Of a DNA stretch of 64,000 nt, positions 61,365 through 64,000 are shown piece by piece. This DNA comes from Blastocatellia bacterium (GTDB lineage Bacteria > Acidobacteriota > Blastocatellia > Chloracidobacteriales > JADJPF01). The notes below the pieces were generated by a model. That model did not search any database. It was given only the letters and a program-made list of their open reading frames with translations, and was not told where the DNA came from. The stretch is from NCBI GenBank assembly GCA_039812885.1, contig JBDIBI010000019.1, forward strand, positions 28,275 to 92,274, written 5' to 3'. The position numbers and the translations under genes were made by a program. Position 1 is the stretch's first letter. Each line of letters begins with the position of its first letter.

Positions 61365-61760
61365 ATGAAGAAATTTCGTATTGTTACTAGATCTTTGCCT
61401 AAATACTGTGAAATATGTCACAAGGTAGATTGTTTTGATGCAAAAAACAATTATTGCTCTCGGTGTAGAACAATAAATTTAAGAGAAATGGTTTCTATGA
61501 CAGAGGGTGAAAAATTATTCAAAGATAAGAAGCTTGAAAATAACTCCAAAATATTAAAAAGAGCTATTAAAGGTTTAATGTGGGGTACTTTGTTTGGAGC
61601 CCTTTATACAATGGTTTTTGATGAGATTGTGTGTGGAATTTATTGGTCAAAAGTTAACCCCATAATATCAATACTAGAAGGCTCTGTATTTGGAGCGCTA
61701 ATTGGGATGATATTTAGCGTAAAAGTACTGTTTAAAAATACACAAAAGCATAACAGTTAA
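61365..61760 (+). CDS. Hypothetical protein, N-terminal zinc ribbon + two TM helices
   Basis: SLP..CEICH..D.FD..NN.CSRC then Gly-rich TMs. Confidence 0.65.
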   Translation: MKKFRIVTRSLPKYCEICHKVDCFDAKNNYCSRCRTINLREMVSMTEGEKLFKDKKLENNSKILKRAIKGLMWGTLFGALYTMVFDEIVCGIYWSKVNPIISILEGSVFGALIGMIFSVKVLFKNTQKHNS

Positions 61761-61870
61761 TAAAAATTAGCTGTTTGATTGCCAATGGTTTTGCATAGAA
61801 AGCCTGCAAAATCTTCCTATAAGTCTAAAACATTAAATAGGTTGAAAAGAGTTTAGGAGAATTTATCAAT

Positions 61871-64000
61871 ATGCTAGAAAAAGTAATCTATTTTATACTA
61901 CAAGAAAAATTAATAGTGATTTCCCTTACTATATTTTTGTTACTTGGAGGGTTATTAGCTTTTAAGCAGCTTAACATAGAAGCATATCCAGATCCATCAC
62001 CACCAACAATTGACATAATAGCTCAAAATCCTGGTTTATCAGCAGAAGAAATGGAGCGTCAAATTACTATTCCACTAGAAACACAACTTAATGGAATGCC
62101 TGGTATTAGTCATATAAGGTCTTCTTCACTTTTTGGGTTAACAGATATTAAATGTTATTTTAATTTTGACACAGACTATAACTTTGATCGTCAAGAAGTA
62201 CTTAACAGGATACAAATGGTTCAGCTTCCATCAGGGGTTCAGCCTCAATTGTCTCCTACTTCAGCTGTTGGTGAGATTTACCGCTATCAATTGACGGGTA
62301 ATGGATATAGTTTACTTGAATTAAAGGAAGCAGAAGATTGGATATTAGAACGTCAGTTTAAACAAGTTCCTGGTGTGATAGATGTAGTCAGTTTTGGTGG
62401 GCCTACAAAGGAGTTTCATGTAGATTTAGATCCTAGCAAATTAACAGCTTTTAATGTGAGTGTTTCACAAGTTATGCAAGCAATTGCCAATAGTAACTCA
62501 AATGTTGGTGCAAACTATTTAGAGTTAGGTGTGCAAAGCTATAATGTTCGTGGGATTGGCCTTTTTCAAGATCAAGAAGATATTGGAGATGTTGAAGTTA
62601 GTTCTAAAAATGGTACTCCAATATATGTTAAGCAGTTAGGAGAAGTAAGTGTAGGGGCTAAAGTTCCGTTAGGCAAAGTTGGTAAAGATGACAACCCAGA
62701 CATTGTTGAAGGGGTTGTTTTAATGAGACGGGGTGAAAAAGCCTTGCCAACTTTAGATAAAGTGCGGGAAAAAGTAGAAAGCCTTAATAATGAAATTTTA
62801 CCAAAGGGAATGAAAATTGTTCCTTATTATGATAGAACTGACCTAATTAATCTTACTACAAAAACAGTAACACATACATTAATAGAAGGAATGGTATTAG
62901 TAGCTTTTATTTTGCTAGCTTTTTTAGGTAATTTACGAGCCTCGCTAATAGTAGCGCTTTCAATTCCACTGTCATTGTTATTTACCTTTATTGTGTTAGT
63001 TCTTAAAGGAGAATCAGCTAATTTAATCTCTATGGGAGCAATAGACTTTGGCATAATTGTCGATGCTTCTGTGATAATGGTTGAAAATATTTATCGCCAC
63101 ATTTCAGAAACCAAACAAAAGAATATCAACAAGACAATTCTTGAAGCAGCAAGAGAAGTAGGTAAACCTATTTTCTTTTCATCCATAATAATTGTAGTTG
63201 CTTTTCTTCCACTCTTTACTATGAAAGGAGTTGAAGGCAAAATCTTTGGCCCAATGGCACTTACTTATGGATTTGCACTTATTGGAGCACTTGCACTAGC
63301 CTTAAGTTTTTCTCCTGTAATGTCTTCAATATTTTTCAAACCATCAATGCATGAGCATGAAACATTTATTGTTGAAGTGCTTAGAAAAATATACTGTAAG
63401 TTATTAAGATTAACCTTAGCTGAACCGGTTTTAGTTGTTTGTCTTGCTGCTATTGCCCTAGCAGGTGCTTGTAGCACACTTCCTTTTATTGGAGGTGAAT
63501 TTATGCCTAAGTTAGAAGAGGGCAATCTTTGGGTAAGGGCTAGTATGCCTAATACAGTTTCTTTTAGTTATGCAAGTAAGCTTGTAGATGAGATGCGCAA
63601 GACCTTTAAAGAATACCCAGAAGTCACAACAGTTGTTAGTCAACTTGGACGGCCAGATGATGGTACTGATGCAACAGGATATTTCAATTCTGAGTTCTTT
63701 GTTACATTAAAACCAAGAGAAGAATGGCCTAAAGGAATTACTAAAGAAGATTTAATTAAACAAATGGAAAAGCAACTTCAGAAATTTCCTGGAGTAACTT
63801 ATAACTTTTCGCAAAATATTCAGGATAATGTTGAAGAGGCCATGTCAGGGGTTAAAGGTGAGAACTCTATTAAGCTGTTTGGAAATGATTTACAAAAGCT
63901 AGAGGATATAGCTCATAAAATTTCTGATATTATGAAAACTGTTCCAGGTGTTAGCGACTTAGGTGTTTTTAGTGAGTTAGGACAACCAAATCTGCTTATA
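61871..64000 (+). CDS. CusA/CzcA heavy-metal-efflux family RND permease (5' part; runs off window end)
   Basis: Not in ORF track. ATG 61871 with AGGAGA SD; MLEKVI...LNIEAYPD...GLSAEEMERQITIPLE...SANLISMGAIDFGIIVDASV..VEN...GGEFMPKLEEG. Confidence 0.93.
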   Translation, partial: MLEKVIYFILQEKLIVISLTIFLLLGGLLAFKQLNIEAYPDPSPPTIDIIAQNPGLSAEEMERQITIPLETQLNGMPGISHIRSSSLFGLTDIKCYFNFDTDYNFDRQEVLNRIQMVQLPSGVQPQLSPTSAVGEIYRYQLTGNGYSLLELKEAEDWILERQFKQVPGVIDVVSFGGPTKEFHVDLDPSKLTAFNVSVSQVMQAIANSNSNVGANYLELGVQSYNVRGIGLFQDQEDIGDVEVSSKNGTPIYVKQLGEVSVGAKVPLGKVGKDDNPDIVEGVVLMRRGEKALPTLDKVREKVESLNNEILPKGMKIVPYYDRTDLINLTTKTVTHTLIEGMVLVAFILLAFLGNLRASLIVALSIPLSLLFTFIVLVLKGESANLISMGAIDFGIIVDASVIMVENIYRHISETKQKNINKTILEAAREVGKPIFFSSIIIVVAFLPLFTMKGVEGKIFGPMALTYGFALIGALALALSFSPVMSSIFFKPSMHEHETFIVEVLRKIYCKLLRLTLAEPVLVVCLAAIALAGACSTLPFIGGEFMPKLEEGNLWVRASMPNTVSFSYASKLVDEMRKTFKEYPEVTTVVSQLGRPDDGTDATGYFNSEFFVTLKPREEWPKGITKEDLIKQMEKQLQKFPGVTYNFSQNIQDNVEEAMSGVKGENSIKLFGNDLQKLEDIAHKISDIMKTVPGVSDLGVFSELGQPNLLI

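Noticed and set aside
62827-63525. Two minus-strand ORFs (75 and 86 aa)
   Set aside because: Antisense shadows of the CusA/CzcA gene that runs off the window

Overview
AT-rich bacterial chromosomal window. Gene content suggests Acidobacteriota, possibly Blastocatellia-like; this is inference only. It is mostly housekeeping and accessory genes: oppCDF, xseA, several SAM methyltransferases, an S53 protease, an HpnI/ArnT-type glycosyltransferase pair, a YgfK-like Fe-S protein with a threonine-synthase paralog, tex, aroB, dtd, an isolated atpD-atpC pair, glycerate kinase, a GGDEF protein, a sigma54 two-component system divergent from htpX-terC, moaC, tRNA-Asp(GTC), a divergent orphan mreB, a pYEATS protein, a Ser/Thr kinase-STAND-TPR protein, a sirtuin, ade, an M28 lipoprotein peptidase, a giant FG-GAP/Ig secreted protein and the 5' part of a CusA/CzcA RND pump. 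No CRISPR, prophage or transposase was seen. The most notable signals are: (1) an apparently leaderless, signal-peptide-bearing uORF ending in an RGPP arrest-peptide motif, whose Pro-Pro codons are complementary to the Shine-Dalgarno of the downstream giant secreted protein; (2) a shared ~80-aa C-terminal domain on two unrelated secreted proteins, a candidate lineage-specific sorting signal; (3) a REP-like hairpin family with compensatory stem changes, including a 4x82-bp tandem array upstream of atpD; (4) back-to-back sigma54 promoters with candidate enhancer boxes.
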